Source of the DNA: a virus | DNA: 64,000 nucleotides | Strand: one strand, 5' to 3' | IMG/VR virus record: IMGVR_UViG_2936984999_000007 | Shown: in pieces, positions 8,648 through 18,771 of the stretch | Layout of the letters: the number at the start of each line of letters is the position of its first letter | How positions within the stretch are numbered: the stretch's first letter is position 1 | Made by a program: the position numbers and the translations under genes | The notes under the pieces: model-generated | Told to the model about the DNA's origin: nothing | What the model saw: the letters and a program-made list of their open reading frames with translations, nothing else | The model's database searches: none

Positions 8648-9205
8648 ATGAGTGCAGTAAGCATGAATGAAGCTGCAAAGAAAACTGCCCAGTTAGAAAA
8701 TGCGAAGGAGGCCCGTCCACCCGGCGGTGCACCGCAGGAAGAACACCTGCCAAGAAAAATCTTCGTCTGCTCACCGTACCGTCCTACTTCACAGGACGAG
8801 AAGTGCAGAAAAGATGAACTGGAAGCAAACATCCGCAGAGCGAAGATGGCCTGTCGGATTCTTTCCACACTGGGCTTTCTGCCACTGGCACCGCACCTGT
8901 ATTTTACCCAGTTCTTAAAGGATGAGGAGAAGCAGGAACGAAATACCGGCATTCAGCTTGGAATGCAATGGCTGGAGGAGGCAGATGAACTCTGGGTGTT
9001 TGGGAGTACCGTGTCGGAGGGCATGGCTGCCGAGATCAAGAGAGCCCATGAGTTGCAGAAAAAGGTCCGGAATCTCCCGGAACCGGGGCGTGTGGTTGAA
9101 CTGCTTTTGAAAAACATTTCAGAACAGTACCATGTGCCGTTGAATGATAAGAAAACAGAGGGGCAGCAGGAAGCTGCAGAAAGTGAGGAAGACAATGGAG
9201 AATAA
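8648..9205 (+). CDS. DUF4406-like protein (possible nucleoside 2-deoxyribosyltransferase-like fold)
   Basis: Motifs IFVCSPYRP ... LAPHLYF ... ELWVFGSTVSEGMAAEI. RBS ACAGGAGG. Confidence 0.35.
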   Translation: MSAVSMNEAAKKTAQLENAKEARPPGGAPQEEHLPRKIFVCSPYRPTSQDEKCRKDELEANIRRAKMACRILSTLGFLPLAPHLYFTQFLKDEEKQERNTGIQLGMQWLEEADELWVFGSTVSEGMAAEIKRAHELQKKVRNLPEPGRVVELLLKNISEQYHVPLNDKKTEGQQEAAESEEDNGE

Positions 9206-9617
9206 GAACGAGAAGAGCATGACTCTGGAGGAAATGATCAGCGAGATGCTGAAGGATGCCAAGGTGGTAAAGGTTCCGCTTCCTGCCAAGGCAGAGGAAA
9301 AAACGGAAGCGCAGAAGCAGGACAAGCCGATGCCGGCACGCCCGTCTGGTGTTCCGTTCCTTTCGCTCAGCATCAAGAACCTGCATGTCCACATGGATGA
9401 GCGCATGACCTCTTACAACTACGGCTTCGGTCAGGAGCCGGATGCTGAGGCAGACGACCCGGCAGAGGACATTGACTTCGATGAGATGCTGGATCGCATC
9501 CACAAGGAAACCGGTCTGTGTGAGAAGGTCATTCTGGCAGTTCTGAAGGCACAGGCCGATTATCTGGATGACCTGTGGGGTGATGAGGAAGAAGCCGGAG
9601 AGGAGGAAAACGCATGA
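9196..9617 (+). CDS. acidic hypothetical protein
   Basis: ORF with an RBS; Glu/Asp-rich C-terminus. Confidence 0.35.
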
Positions 9618-10267
9618 TGGACGAACTGAATGCATTGAACGCTCCGAAGAAAGTCGTGGATGGTTTGGTCGAGGTCTTTGATGGCCTGGCACAGATGTTT
9701 GCGGGTGTATCCGAGCAGCTGGATATGCTGGCAGCAGATGCAAAGACGGAGGATGAGCCGGAGCTTCCGGTGGCAGAACAGCCGGTACTGCCCGTAACAG
9801 AAAAGAAAGGCCCGGCTGCTGTGCATCCCCGTAAGAAGCCGGTCAAGAAAACCAAAAAGGTGGAAGAGACGGCTCCTTCGGCTACCGAGGAAGCTGCAGA
9901 GGTGCCTGTGGTAGAAGACCCTGACGAGGCAGAGGAAGCAGTGAACTCCGAGAGTTCAGAATCTACAGAAGGTGAGCATCCGGTGGATGATGCGGATGCG
10001 CTGCCGTGGGAAGAAGATACCGGCCAAAAAGAAGTACCGTCCGATAAAACCACCGGCAAGGACACACCTGCTGCCAAAGAGGAAACGCAGTCAGCAGTGA
10101 CAATCACCAAGGATGAAATCACGGCGGTCATTGTCGCCAAGATCAAGAAGAAGCGTGATAACAACGAGAAGATCGGTCAGCTTCTGAAGACCTACGGTGT
10201 GGCCCAGCTGTCTGACCTGCCTGCAGAGAAGTACGAAGCATTTCTGGCAGATGTTTCCCAGATTTAA
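9614..10267 (+). CDS. hypothetical protein (acidic N-terminus, Lys-rich C-terminus)
   Basis: ATGA overlap with the upstream gene. Confidence 0.4.
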   Translation: MMDELNALNAPKKVVDGLVEVFDGLAQMFAGVSEQLDMLAADAKTEDEPELPVAEQPVLPVTEKKGPAAVHPRKKPVKKTKKVEETAPSATEEAAEVPVVEDPDEAEEAVNSESSESTEGEHPVDDADALPWEEDTGQKEVPSDKTTGKDTPAAKEETQSAVTITKDEITAVIVAKIKKKRDNNEKIGQLLKTYGVAQLSDLPAEKYEAFLADVSQI

Positions 10268-10278
10268 GGGAGGTCATC

Positions 10279-11502
10279 ATGCCGGAAGTACATGCAATCC
10301 TTTCTGCATCCAGCTCGAAGAGGTGGTTGAACTGCACGCCATCTGCAAGGCTGGAGCAGAACTTTCCAAATGAATCCTCGGTGTACGCCGAGGAGGGAAC
10401 TGCCGCCCATGCGCTGGGCGAATACAAGCTGCGGAAATATCTGCATGAACGGGTGAAGCGCCCAACCTCTGAATATGAGGATGAGGAGATGGAAGCGAAC
10501 ACTGATATCTATGCGGAGTTCATCATTTCCACAGTGGAGCGCATCAAGGAGACCTGTCCGCATCCGCTGGTCATGGTGGAGGAGCGGCTGGATTACAGTT
10601 ATCTTGTTCCATCCGGCTTTGGTACCGGCGACTGCGTGATCATCGCAGACGGTACGCTTTATGTCATGGACTACAAGAACGGCAAGGGCGTGTTCGTAAA
10701 CTGTGACCATAATCCGCAGATGATGCTGTACGCCCTGGGTGCTTACCACGCCTACGGATATCTGTACAGCATCAAAAAGGTGTCCATGACCATTATCCAG
10801 CCGAGACTGGAAAATATCTCAACGTTTGAATGCAGTGTGGAGGAACTGCTGGACTGGGCAGAGACCTATGTCAGACCGAGGGCAAAGCTGGCCTTTGAAG
10901 GAAAAGGCGAGCAGGTTCCCGGGGACTGGTGCCGGTTCTGTCGTGCCAGAACTTCCTGCAAAGCCTGCACCGATGAAGCAATGGCTCTGGTGAAAGAAGA
11001 GTTTCTGGATCTGGATGCCGGTGTGCTGGAGGATGAAACTGAGGAAACGGATGCGACGGCATCCTTTGACCCGGACACCTCCGTGCCGACCTTCAAATCC
11101 CCGGCACTGCTTTCCAAGACAGACATTGAGAAAATGCTGCCGACCCTGAACCGTATCGAGTCTTGGATCGAAGCGATCTTTGCCTATGTCAGCTCGGAGG
11201 CCATCAATCATGGTGTCAGCTGGGATGGGTATAAGGTGGTCGAGGGCCGGAGCAAGAGGCAGTTCCTTGATACGAAATCGGTGGTAGCTGCTGCAGAGAA
11301 GGCCGGATACACCGATATTTATAAGACGGAGCTGATCTCCCTGACAGCCTTTGAAAAGCTCATGGGGAAGAAAAAGTTCCAGGAGATTCTGGGAGAGTAT
11401 GTGGTCAAGCCGCCCGGTAAGCTGGCACTTGTCCCGGATTCGGACCCCAGAGAAGCAGTCGATCTGCAGACTGCGGAAGATGAATTTACTGTCCTCGACT
11501 GA
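10279..11502 (+). CDS. PD-(D/E)XK nuclease, DUF2800 family (phage replication-module nuclease)
   Basis: RBS GGGAGG. Motifs GDCVIIADGTLYVMDYKNGKG and CxxC cluster CRFCRARTSCKAC. Canonical partner of DUF2815 and PolA. Confidence 0.65.
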   Translation: MPEVHAILSASSSKRWLNCTPSARLEQNFPNESSVYAEEGTAAHALGEYKLRKYLHERVKRPTSEYEDEEMEANTDIYAEFIISTVERIKETCPHPLVMVEERLDYSYLVPSGFGTGDCVIIADGTLYVMDYKNGKGVFVNCDHNPQMMLYALGAYHAYGYLYSIKKVSMTIIQPRLENISTFECSVEELLDWAETYVRPRAKLAFEGKGEQVPGDWCRFCRARTSCKACTDEAMALVKEEFLDLDAGVLEDETEETDATASFDPDTSVPTFKSPALLSKTDIEKMLPTLNRIESWIEAIFAYVSSEAINHGVSWDGYKVVEGRSKRQFLDTKSVVAAAEKAGYTDIYKTELISLTAFEKLMGKKKFQEILGEYVVKPPGKLALVPDSDPREAVDLQTAEDEFTVLD

Positions 11503-11547
11503 GGGCAGCAGCAATACACAAAAACAGATTGATGGAGGATTTTTATT

Positions 11548-12132
11548 ATGGCTAACAAGATTTCCAGTGCAACTAAGGTCGTGATTCCGTGCCGTATCTC
11601 TTTTGCAAACATTTTTGAAGCAAAGAGCATCAACGGTGGTGAGGCTAAGTATTCCGTTTCCTGCCTGATCCCGAAGGAGGACAAGAAGACCCTGCTGGCG
11701 ATCCACAAGGCAGTGGAGGCCGCCAAGGAGGATGGCAAGACCCGTAAGTGGGGCGGTAAGATCCCGCCGAACCTGAAGCTGCCTCTGCGTGACGGCGATA
11801 TCGACCGCCCGGACGACGAGAACTACCAGGAGCATTTCTTTGTGAATGCCTCCAGCAAGGATGCACCGCAGGTCGTGGACCGTCATGTCCAGCCTGTGAC
11901 AGACCCGATGATGGTCTACTCCGGCTGCTACTGCAACGTCAGCGTGAACTTCTACGCTTTTAACGCCAACGGCAACCGCGGTGTGGCCGCTGGTTTGGGG
12001 AATGTGCAGTTCGTCAAGGATGGTGACCGTCTGTCCGGCAAGGCATCGGCAGAGTCTGATTTTGACGCGCTGGACGATGAGGATGTTCTGGGCGGCGATG
12101 CCGGTGAGGAACTGCCGGATTACCTTCGCTAA
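11548..12132 (+). CDS. DUF2815 family protein (phage ssDNA-binding-like)
   Basis: Conserved gene order DUF2800-DUF2815-PolA; RBS GGAGGA. Confidence 0.65.
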   Translation: MANKISSATKVVIPCRISFANIFEAKSINGGEAKYSVSCLIPKEDKKTLLAIHKAVEAAKEDGKTRKWGGKIPPNLKLPLRDGDIDRPDDENYQEHFFVNASSKDAPQVVDRHVQPVTDPMMVYSGCYCNVSVNFYAFNANGNRGVAAGLGNVQFVKDGDRLSGKASAESDFDALDDEDVLGGDAGEELPDYLR

Positions 12133-12153
12133 GAGAAACACAGATAAGTAACC

Positions 12154-12195
12154 GTGCCGGGGGATGCCAGGGTGTCCTCCGGCTTTTTACATCGA
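12154..12195 (+). terminator. hairpin CCGGGGGATGCC ... GTCCTCCGG + CTTTTT
   Basis: Lies between the DUF2815 gene and the polymerase start. This argues against the ORF-track polymerase start at 12154. Confidence 0.4.
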
Positions 12196-12210
12196 ATAGA
12201 GGTGAGATAT

Positions 12211-14208
12211 TTGAAAGAAACGCTGATCGATATTGAGACCTACAGCGAGGTGGATATCGGAAAATGCGGCCTGTACCGCTATGCCACAGATCCAAGCTTT
12301 GAGATCCTGTTGGTAGCCTGGGCTACCGATGAAGGGGATGGTTTTGGCGAGACCAGATGTGCAGATCTTGCATCAGGAGAACCGCTCCCCAAAGAACTGC
12401 TGGAGGATTTCCAGTCTGGAAACGTGCGCCTGATCGCCCATAATGCTTCCTTTGAGCGGGTCTGTTTTTCTGTGCATATGCAAAGACATCTGCCGGGACA
12501 GTATCTGAAACCCGGGGAGTTCCTTTCTCCGGACAGCTGGATCTGTACGATGGTTATGGCGGCATCGCTGACTCTGCCAATGGCCCTAAAGGATGTTGGC
12601 ACTGTGCTGAAGACCAGCCAGCAGAAAGATAAGGAAGGCGAGCGGCTGATCAAGCTGTTTTCCATGCCCTGTAAGCCAACGAAGAGTAATGGGATGCGTA
12701 CCCGGAATCTTCCGGAGCATTACCCTGCAGATTGGGAGAAGTTTAAGTATTACTGCATTCAGGATGTCAACACTGAGGTGGACATTTATAAGAGGCTGAA
12801 GAAATTCCCGATGCCGGAGCAGGAATGGAAACATTACCGGGTCAATGAACGTATCAATGACCGGGGCGTAAAGATCGACACGGAGCTGGTGCAGCAGGCC
12901 ATTGCCTGTGATCTGATGCTCTCGGACGCCATGAGTAAGAAAGCCTACGAACTGACAGGGCTTGAGAATCCCAACTCTGTGTCACAGCTGAAGTCATGGC
13001 TGGATGAGCGTGGCATTCCGATGGACACGCTCGGAAAAAAGGATGTAGCACAGATGATCAATGAACTGGACAAAAACGGAGTGGATGCTGAGGCAATGGA
13101 TATGCTGAAGCTCCGGCTTCAGATGGCGAAAAGTTCTGTGAAGAAATACCAGGCGGCAGAACGCTGTGTCTGCTCAGATGGCAGAGCCAGAGGGCTGTTC
13201 CAGTTCTATGGGGCCAGCCGCACAGGTCGGTATTCCGGCCGGAATATCCAGTTGCAGAATCTGCCGCAGAACCATATTTCCACGCTGGATGAGGCGAGGG
13301 AACTGGTGAAGCTGGGGTGCTTTGATATGGTCGAGACCATCTACGGAAACACCCCGGATGTGCTCTCTCAGTTGATCCGAACCATGCTGATTCCAAAAGA
13401 AGGCTGTGAGTTTATCGTGGCTGACTTCTCTGCCATCGAAGCCCGTGTGCTTGCATGGGAAGCCGGAGAGGACTGGCGGCTGGAAGCCTTTCTGGAAGGG
13501 AAGGACATCTACTGTGCCTCTGCCAGCCAGATGTTCCATGTGCCGGTGGTGAAGCACGGCATCAACGGGGAACTTCGGCAGAAAGGAAAGGTGGCAGAGC
13601 TGGCCTGCGGCTATGGCGGTTCTTCCGGCGCACTCATCAGTATGGGTGCTCTGCAGATGGGTCTGAAAGAAGAGGAACTGCCGGAGATCATCGATTCTTG
13701 GCGGGAAGCCAATCCGAAGATCGTCCAGTATTGGTGGGATGTGGAAAAGGCGGCAACGCAGGCATTCAAGACTGGAAAGCGACAGGAGATCGGCAAGCTG
13801 GCGTTCGAGTTTTATTCCGGTACGCTTTGGATGCTGCTTCCTTCTGGAAGAAAGCTGGCGTATCTGAAGCCGAGATTGCAGCCGAACCGCTTCGGAAGGA
13901 TGAGCCTGACCTATGAAGGAGTGGGACAGAACCACAAATGGGCCAGACAGGAAACCTACTCCGGCCGGCTGGTGGAGAATGCGACACAGGCGATTGCCCG
14001 TGATATTCTGGCAGAAGCAATGGCCCGTATGGAAGGCTATGGCCTGAATATCGTAGGTCACGTTCACGATGAAGTCATCATAGAAGCGTCCAAGGATCGA
14101 TACACAGTGGATGAGGTCTGCAAGCTGATGTCCGTTAACCCGGAGTGGTGCAAAGACCTTCCTCTGAATGCTGCCGGATATAAGGGCAGCTACTACTTTA
14201 AGGATTAA
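12211..14208 (+). CDS. DNA polymerase I family A (phage-type, with 3'-5' exonuclease), TTG start
   Basis: LIDIETYS exonuclease motif. Polymerase motifs DFSAIEARVLAWEAGE, RQKGKVAELACGYGG, HVHDEVIIE. RBS GAGGTGAG before the TTG. Confidence 0.85.
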   Translation: MKETLIDIETYSEVDIGKCGLYRYATDPSFEILLVAWATDEGDGFGETRCADLASGEPLPKELLEDFQSGNVRLIAHNASFERVCFSVHMQRHLPGQYLKPGEFLSPDSWICTMVMAASLTLPMALKDVGTVLKTSQQKDKEGERLIKLFSMPCKPTKSNGMRTRNLPEHYPADWEKFKYYCIQDVNTEVDIYKRLKKFPMPEQEWKHYRVNERINDRGVKIDTELVQQAIACDLMLSDAMSKKAYELTGLENPNSVSQLKSWLDERGIPMDTLGKKDVAQMINELDKNGVDAEAMDMLKLRLQMAKSSVKKYQAAERCVCSDGRARGLFQFYGASRTGRYSGRNIQLQNLPQNHISTLDEARELVKLGCFDMVETIYGNTPDVLSQLIRTMLIPKEGCEFIVADFSAIEARVLAWEAGEDWRLEAFLEGKDIYCASASQMFHVPVVKHGINGELRQKGKVAELACGYGGSSGALISMGALQMGLKEEELPEIIDSWREANPKIVQYWWDVEKAATQAFKTGKRQEIGKLAFEFYSGTLWMLLPSGRKLAYLKPRLQPNRFGRMSLTYEGVGQNHKWARQETYSGRLVENATQAIARDILAEAMARMEGYGLNIVGHVHDEVIIEASKDRYTVDEVCKLMSVNPEWCKDLPLNAAGYKGSYYFKD

Positions 14209-14221
14209 AGGGGGGAGCGAG

Positions 14222-14560
14222 ATGCCTCACGTTCTAAAAATGAAAGACGGGAAACTCCTGACACCCTTTGGCATCCGGGATCTGCTGGATGCGGTGCAGG
14301 ACTATACCGGCGAGGAACTCCGCCGGGAAATCGAAAGCTATATCGATACAAACGTGGAGGATATTGGCGACTATGAAAAGGAGTATGACCGCATGGAGCA
14401 GGACAATGAACGTCTTGCTGACCATCAACGGTCGGTTCTCTGTGACATCCGGGATGAGGTGGATGCTCTGGATACACTCCTGCAGGACACCCGGCTGAAC
14501 CGCCGCAGGATGCAGGGGGCAGTCCGGATCATCCAGCAGATGATCAACCGGGAACTGTAA
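14222..14560 (+). CDS. hypothetical protein
   Basis: RBS AAGGGGGGAG before the ATG at 14222. Confidence 0.4.
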   Translation: MPHVLKMKDGKLLTPFGIRDLLDAVQDYTGEELRREIESYIDTNVEDIGDYEKEYDRMEQDNERLADHQRSVLCDIRDEVDALDTLLQDTRLNRRRMQGAVRIIQQMINREL

Positions 14561-14656
14561 GCACTTAAAACGATAAGCACGGTGCCCTTGCCATAAGGAC
14601 GCAGACGCATAAACAGGCGTATAAATATGCGCCGCAAAAATGAAAGGATAAAAGCT

Positions 14657-15724
14657 ATGAAAACAGGAAGAAATTTGCAGGAAGTCCTGGTCGAACTGAA
14701 CCGGCAGAACCAGGCAAAGCAGGATTTCATCAGTCCGGCGCAGGGAATGCGTCTCCGGGAAGATGGACACACCTTTGAGATCAACCATCTCACTACGAAT
14801 CAGCAGGAGGTGTTCGGTACGACCTCACTGTTCCATCGTCAGGTGGCATCAGCACTGGGTATTCCGGCCAAATACTATGATCTCATGCAGGCACAGAAGC
14901 CGGAACTTCTGGCCGAGAACGTGAACAGCTGGTTTGCGGATAAGCCCAGCTCTTACATGGTCCGCTCGATGGATTACGGTGCCGGACAGGTGGCCCGCGC
15001 ACTGCTGTCAGAACGATACCGCCGTATCGACAACATGGAGATTGCCACAGCTGTCCTGCCGCTGTTTGCAGGCAACGATCAGTACGAGGTCATGTCCTGC
15101 GAGGTAACGGAGAACCGTCTGTACCTCAAGGTGGTCAATCACCGTCTGGAGATGGAAGTCCGCAAGGGTGATATCGTCCAGGCTGGTGTGATGATCTCCA
15201 ACTCCGAGGTCGGTCTGGGAGCTGTGTCCATTCAGCCGCTGGTATATCGTCTGGTCTGCACCAACGGTATGGTGGTGAATGACATGGGCGAACGACGCCA
15301 CCATGTTGGCCGGCAGGCGAAAGCAGTGGAGGACAGCTTTGCACTGTATTCGGATGAGACGATGGAAGCAGAGGACAAGGCATTCCTGCTGAAACTCCGC
15401 GATACCACGATGGCAGCTATTGATGAGGCTCGTTTTTTCCAGGTGGTCGGCCGCCTGCAGGAATCTATGGCAGTACCGATCACCGGCAAGGTACAGGATG
15501 TGGTGCAGTTGACTGCCCAGAGCTATGGCATCAATGCCGAGGAACAGGAAGGCATCCTCAAGTATCTCATTGAAGGCGGTGATCTTTCTCTGTACGGCCT
15601 GTCCAATGCGGTGACCCGTGCTTCGCAGGACGTTGTTTCCTATGACCGTGCTACCACACTGGAGGGCATCGGCTGGCAGGTCGCCACAATGGAGCCGCAG
15701 CAGTGGAAGCAGATCAATCAGTGA
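14657..15724 (+). CDS. DUF932 domain protein (phage/plasmid-related)
   Basis: Typical member of this replication module; ORF with an RBS. Confidence 0.55.
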   Translation: MKTGRNLQEVLVELNRQNQAKQDFISPAQGMRLREDGHTFEINHLTTNQQEVFGTTSLFHRQVASALGIPAKYYDLMQAQKPELLAENVNSWFADKPSSYMVRSMDYGAGQVARALLSERYRRIDNMEIATAVLPLFAGNDQYEVMSCEVTENRLYLKVVNHRLEMEVRKGDIVQAGVMISNSEVGLGAVSIQPLVYRLVCTNGMVVNDMGERRHHVGRQAKAVEDSFALYSDETMEAEDKAFLLKLRDTTMAAIDEARFFQVVGRLQESMAVPITGKVQDVVQLTAQSYGINAEEQEGILKYLIEGGDLSLYGLSNAVTRASQDVVSYDRATTLEGIGWQVATMEPQQWKQINQ

Positions 15725-15733
15725 GGTGACGGT

Positions 15734-15970
15734 ATGGAAGATGTCATTCACTGGATCACAGAACACAAAGAGGGCGGCTCTCCGAACAGGAAAGTCAGCC
15801 ACAGCCACCCGGACCCGACTGCCAATGAAGCCATCGGCAATGTGGTTCGGGAAGAGCGCAGGAAGAAGCAACGCCCAAGGAAGCGCTCGAAAAGGGAACA
15901 CCAGGAAAAGCACCACCCACGCATCGGTGTATGGCGGGCAGAGGAGGCGAAGCCGGATGAGAGAGAATGA
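15734..15970 (+). CDS. small basic hypothetical protein
   Basis: RBS GTGAGGTGACGGT. Overlaps the VRR-NUC start by 14 nt. Confidence 0.3.
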   Translation: MEDVIHWITEHKEGGSPNRKVSHSHPDPTANEAIGNVVREERRKKQRPRKRSKREHQEKHHPRIGVWRAEEAKPDERE

Positions 15971-16358
15971 AGTCGAAAAGCAGTTTGTGGAAGCAGTCAG
16001 GGCCGCCGGTGGGCAGGCCCTTAAATTTACCAGTCAGAGTATGAACGGTGTGCCGGATCGACTGGTTTTGCTGCTCGGCGGCAAGTGTGCTTTTGTGGAA
16101 CTGAAAGCTCCCGGCAAGCAGATGCGTATCCTTCAGAGAAAACGTAGACTGCAGCTGGAGGCACTGGGTTTCCCGGTATTCTGCGTAGACCGCCCGGAAC
16201 AGATCCAGCCTGCTATCCATGCGTTGATTTGCTGGAAACCGGGCGAGCCTATCCCACAGGGGATCGGAGCAAAGATCCCGGAGCTGCCGGCGGTTACATT
16301 GCCGCAGAATACGCCAGAACAGGACGGAAAGTCGGAAAGCGAGGTGATGCCCAAATGA
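15957..16358 (+). CDS. VRR-NUC domain nuclease
   Basis: FVELKAPGKQMRILQRKRRLQLEALGFPVFCV. Confidence 0.6.
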   Translation: MRENEVEKQFVEAVRAAGGQALKFTSQSMNGVPDRLVLLLGGKCAFVELKAPGKQMRILQRKRRLQLEALGFPVFCVDRPEQIQPAIHALICWKPGEPIPQGIGAKIPELPAVTLPQNTPEQDGKSESEVMPK

Positions 16359-17737
16359 AGTTCATTCCTCATGATTATCAGAGCTACTGTACGGAGTATA
16401 TCAAAACACACCCGGTTGCAGCCCTTTTTCTGGATATGGGCTTGGGTTAAGGAAAGACCGTTATCACATTGACGGCCATCAAAGACCTTATGCTGGAGAC
16501 CTTTGAAGTCAGCAAGGTTCTCATCATTGCGCCGCTGCGTGTGGCCCGTGACACATGGCCGGCAGAAATCGAAAAGTGGGATCATCTGCAGGGACTGGAT
16601 ATTTCCGTCATCGTAGGTGATACAAAGACCCGCATTGCAGCACTCCACCATCCGGCAATGATCTATGTCATCAACCGGGAAAATATCAAGTGGCTGGTGG
16701 AGTATTATGAGAAAAACGGAATGCGCTGGGATTTTGGCATGGTCGTGATCGATGAGCTTTCATCGTTCAAGAACTACCAGTCTCAGCGTTTTAAATTCCT
16801 GCGGAAAGTCCGTCCGTATGTGAAACGATGGGTTGGGCTGACCGGTACCCCTTCTTCCAATGGTCTCATGGATCTTTGGGCGGAGATCGGGATTCTGGAT
16901 GGCGGTGAGAGACTCGGCAAATTCATTGGCCGGTACCGGGAAGCTTATTTCAAAGCCTCTTCCATGAATCCTTCCACGGGTGTTGTGTTCCAATACAAGC
17001 CCAGAGAAGGAGCAGAGGAGCTGATCTACCAGAGGATCTCGGATATCACGATCTCCATGAAAGCACTGGATTACCTCCATATGCCGGACTGTATTCCAAG
17101 CCGGTATGAGGTGGAGATGAGCGCGCCGGAGCGGGAACTTTACGATATGCTCCGAAAGGACCTGCTGATCCCGCTGAAAGATGGTGACATAGATGCTGCC
17201 AATGCCGCATCACTGACAGGGAAGCTGTTGCAGATGAGCAATGGCGCTGTCTACGATGAGAACGGCAAAGCGAGGATCATCCACGACCACAAGCTGGAAG
17301 CATTGGAAGACCTGATCGAAGCCGCCAATGGGCAGCCTGTTCTGGTGGCGTACTGGTTCAAGCATGACCGCCAGCGCATCATGGAGCATTTGTCCAAGCA
17401 GAAGATTCCGGTGCGGGATATCAAGAGCAGCACCGATATCAAGGACTGGAACACCGGCAAGATCCCGGTCGCCCTGATCCACCCGGCATCAGCCGGACAC
17501 GGTCTGAACATCCAGCAGGGCGGACACATCCTGATCTGGTTCGGATTGACATGGAGCCTGGAATTGTATCAGCAGACCAACGCCAGACTTTGGCGGCAGG
17601 GGCAGACGGATGTGGTCACCATCCACCATATCATTACCAAGGACACCGTGGATGAGGATGTCATGGCCGCTTTGGAGCAGAAAGACATGACACAGGAAAA
17701 GCTGATCTCAGCAGTCAGGGCGCAGCTGGGGAGATAA
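16355..17737 (+). pseudogene. SNF2/DEAD-like helicase interrupted by an in-frame TAA (16448-16450) inside Walker A (DMGLG*GKT)
   Basis: ATGA overlap with VRR-NUC. N-terminal fragment MKFIPHDYQ ... FLDMGLG, then stop, then GKTVITLTAIKD ... DELSSFKN ... helicase C-domain. Removing 3 nt restores DMGLGKT. Confidence 0.65.
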
Positions 17738-17746
17738 GGAGAGAAT

Positions 17747-18445
17747 ATGAAAAAGTATCTTTTTTTGAGTGCAGAGGACCGCCGTCCGGTCGAGGAGAGC
17801 GGTTATCGTTATAAGAAGTCGAAGCCGGTGACGGCTGTAAAAACCAAACGGGATGAGGATGGTTTCTTCATCCCCTGGGCAATGTTCCGACCGCTGGGAG
17901 AAAAAGGACTTTTCTGCGAACTCTTCGGGGCGAGTCCCGTCCGCAGAGCAGCAGATCTCCGCATGAACCGTGACCTGCTGCTGAAGGAAGCCTATGAGCA
18001 CGAAGTGGAACTGCTGATGTGCCGGATTCGTATGAGTGAATTTCAGATGCAGCAGTCATTCTGCAAGGAAGAACAGGCTCTGGAACTGTATCAGCGGTCC
18101 AAACTCCAGAATATGCCCAAAATCACACCGGAGCATAAGCGAAAGATTCTGCTGGATGCAGTCACTTGGAAATACGACTGTGTCCAGCAGTACAAGAAGA
18201 TCTGCTTTCAGTTTGCCGAGGCAGTCATTGGCAGGGAGCATGACAAAGGCTCCAAAAATTTGAACAGGGATCATTTTATCGAGAATTTCATCCAGAAGGC
18301 AAATGAACTGCCGGAAGCAAACCGATTTCTGGTTGACCGTCTGTATGAGACGGCATGGCGCACGATTTTTGTTTTTAAGTATGGTTGTGATCCAGAAGAC
18401 ATCCCGGCTCCCTGGTACGACAAGAAGGGAGGCACAGAGGAGTGA
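17747..18445 (+). CDS. hypothetical protein
   Basis: RBS AAGGAGAG. Confidence 0.45.
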   Translation: MKKYLFLSAEDRRPVEESGYRYKKSKPVTAVKTKRDEDGFFIPWAMFRPLGEKGLFCELFGASPVRRAADLRMNRDLLLKEAYEHEVELLMCRIRMSEFQMQQSFCKEEQALELYQRSKLQNMPKITPEHKRKILLDAVTWKYDCVQQYKKICFQFAEAVIGREHDKGSKNLNRDHFIENFIQKANELPEANRFLVDRLYETAWRTIFVFKYGCDPEDIPAPWYDKKGGTEE

Positions 18446-18771
18446 GTACAGTAAGAAGTGCTGCGAGAGTTGCAGTCAATGAAAATCTGGACTGTTATGA
18501 GAATCTGGCAAATGCCATCATTCTGCAGGCGGTCAAGGATTACAAGAAAGCACTCCGCCAGCTGGAGGGCAATCCAAGAAATCAGGAGGCCCGGCATGAT
18601 AAGGTGCGGCTGGAGAAATTCTTCCGTTCTCAGTGGTACGGTGTTCTTACAGAACTTGATCCGGAGCGGCTCATGGCCGGGGTGAAAGAAAATGTGCAGC
18701 ATGAGATGAACGAGCGTAGGAGAAAGAAAGCGGAAAAGCTGCGCCGGAAAGCAGAACTGAGAGGAAGCTGA
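18442..18771 (+). CDS. hypothetical protein (GTG start, GTGA overlap)
   Basis: Translationally coupled ORF. Confidence 0.4.
   Translation: MSTVRSAARVAVNENLDCYENLANAIILQAVKDYKKALRQLEGNPRNQEARHDKVRLEKFFRSQWYGVLTELDPERLMAGVKENVQHEMNERRRKKAEKLRRKAELRGS

Noticed and set aside
10819-12141. 440 aa minus-strand ORF
   Set aside because: Antisense to the DUF2800/DUF2815 genes; low-complexity translation.
12154-12210. ORF-track start of the DNA polymerase at 12154
   Set aside because: This segment contains a terminator-like hairpin and lacks an RBS. A TTG at 12211 with RBS GAGGTGAG fits the conserved polymerase N-terminus (LIDIETYS).
16448-16450. Programmed stop-codon recoding in the SNF2 helicase
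   Set aside because: TAA is not a known reassigned codon, and no other genes show in-frame stops. A 3 nt insertion or pseudogenisation is more parsimonious.
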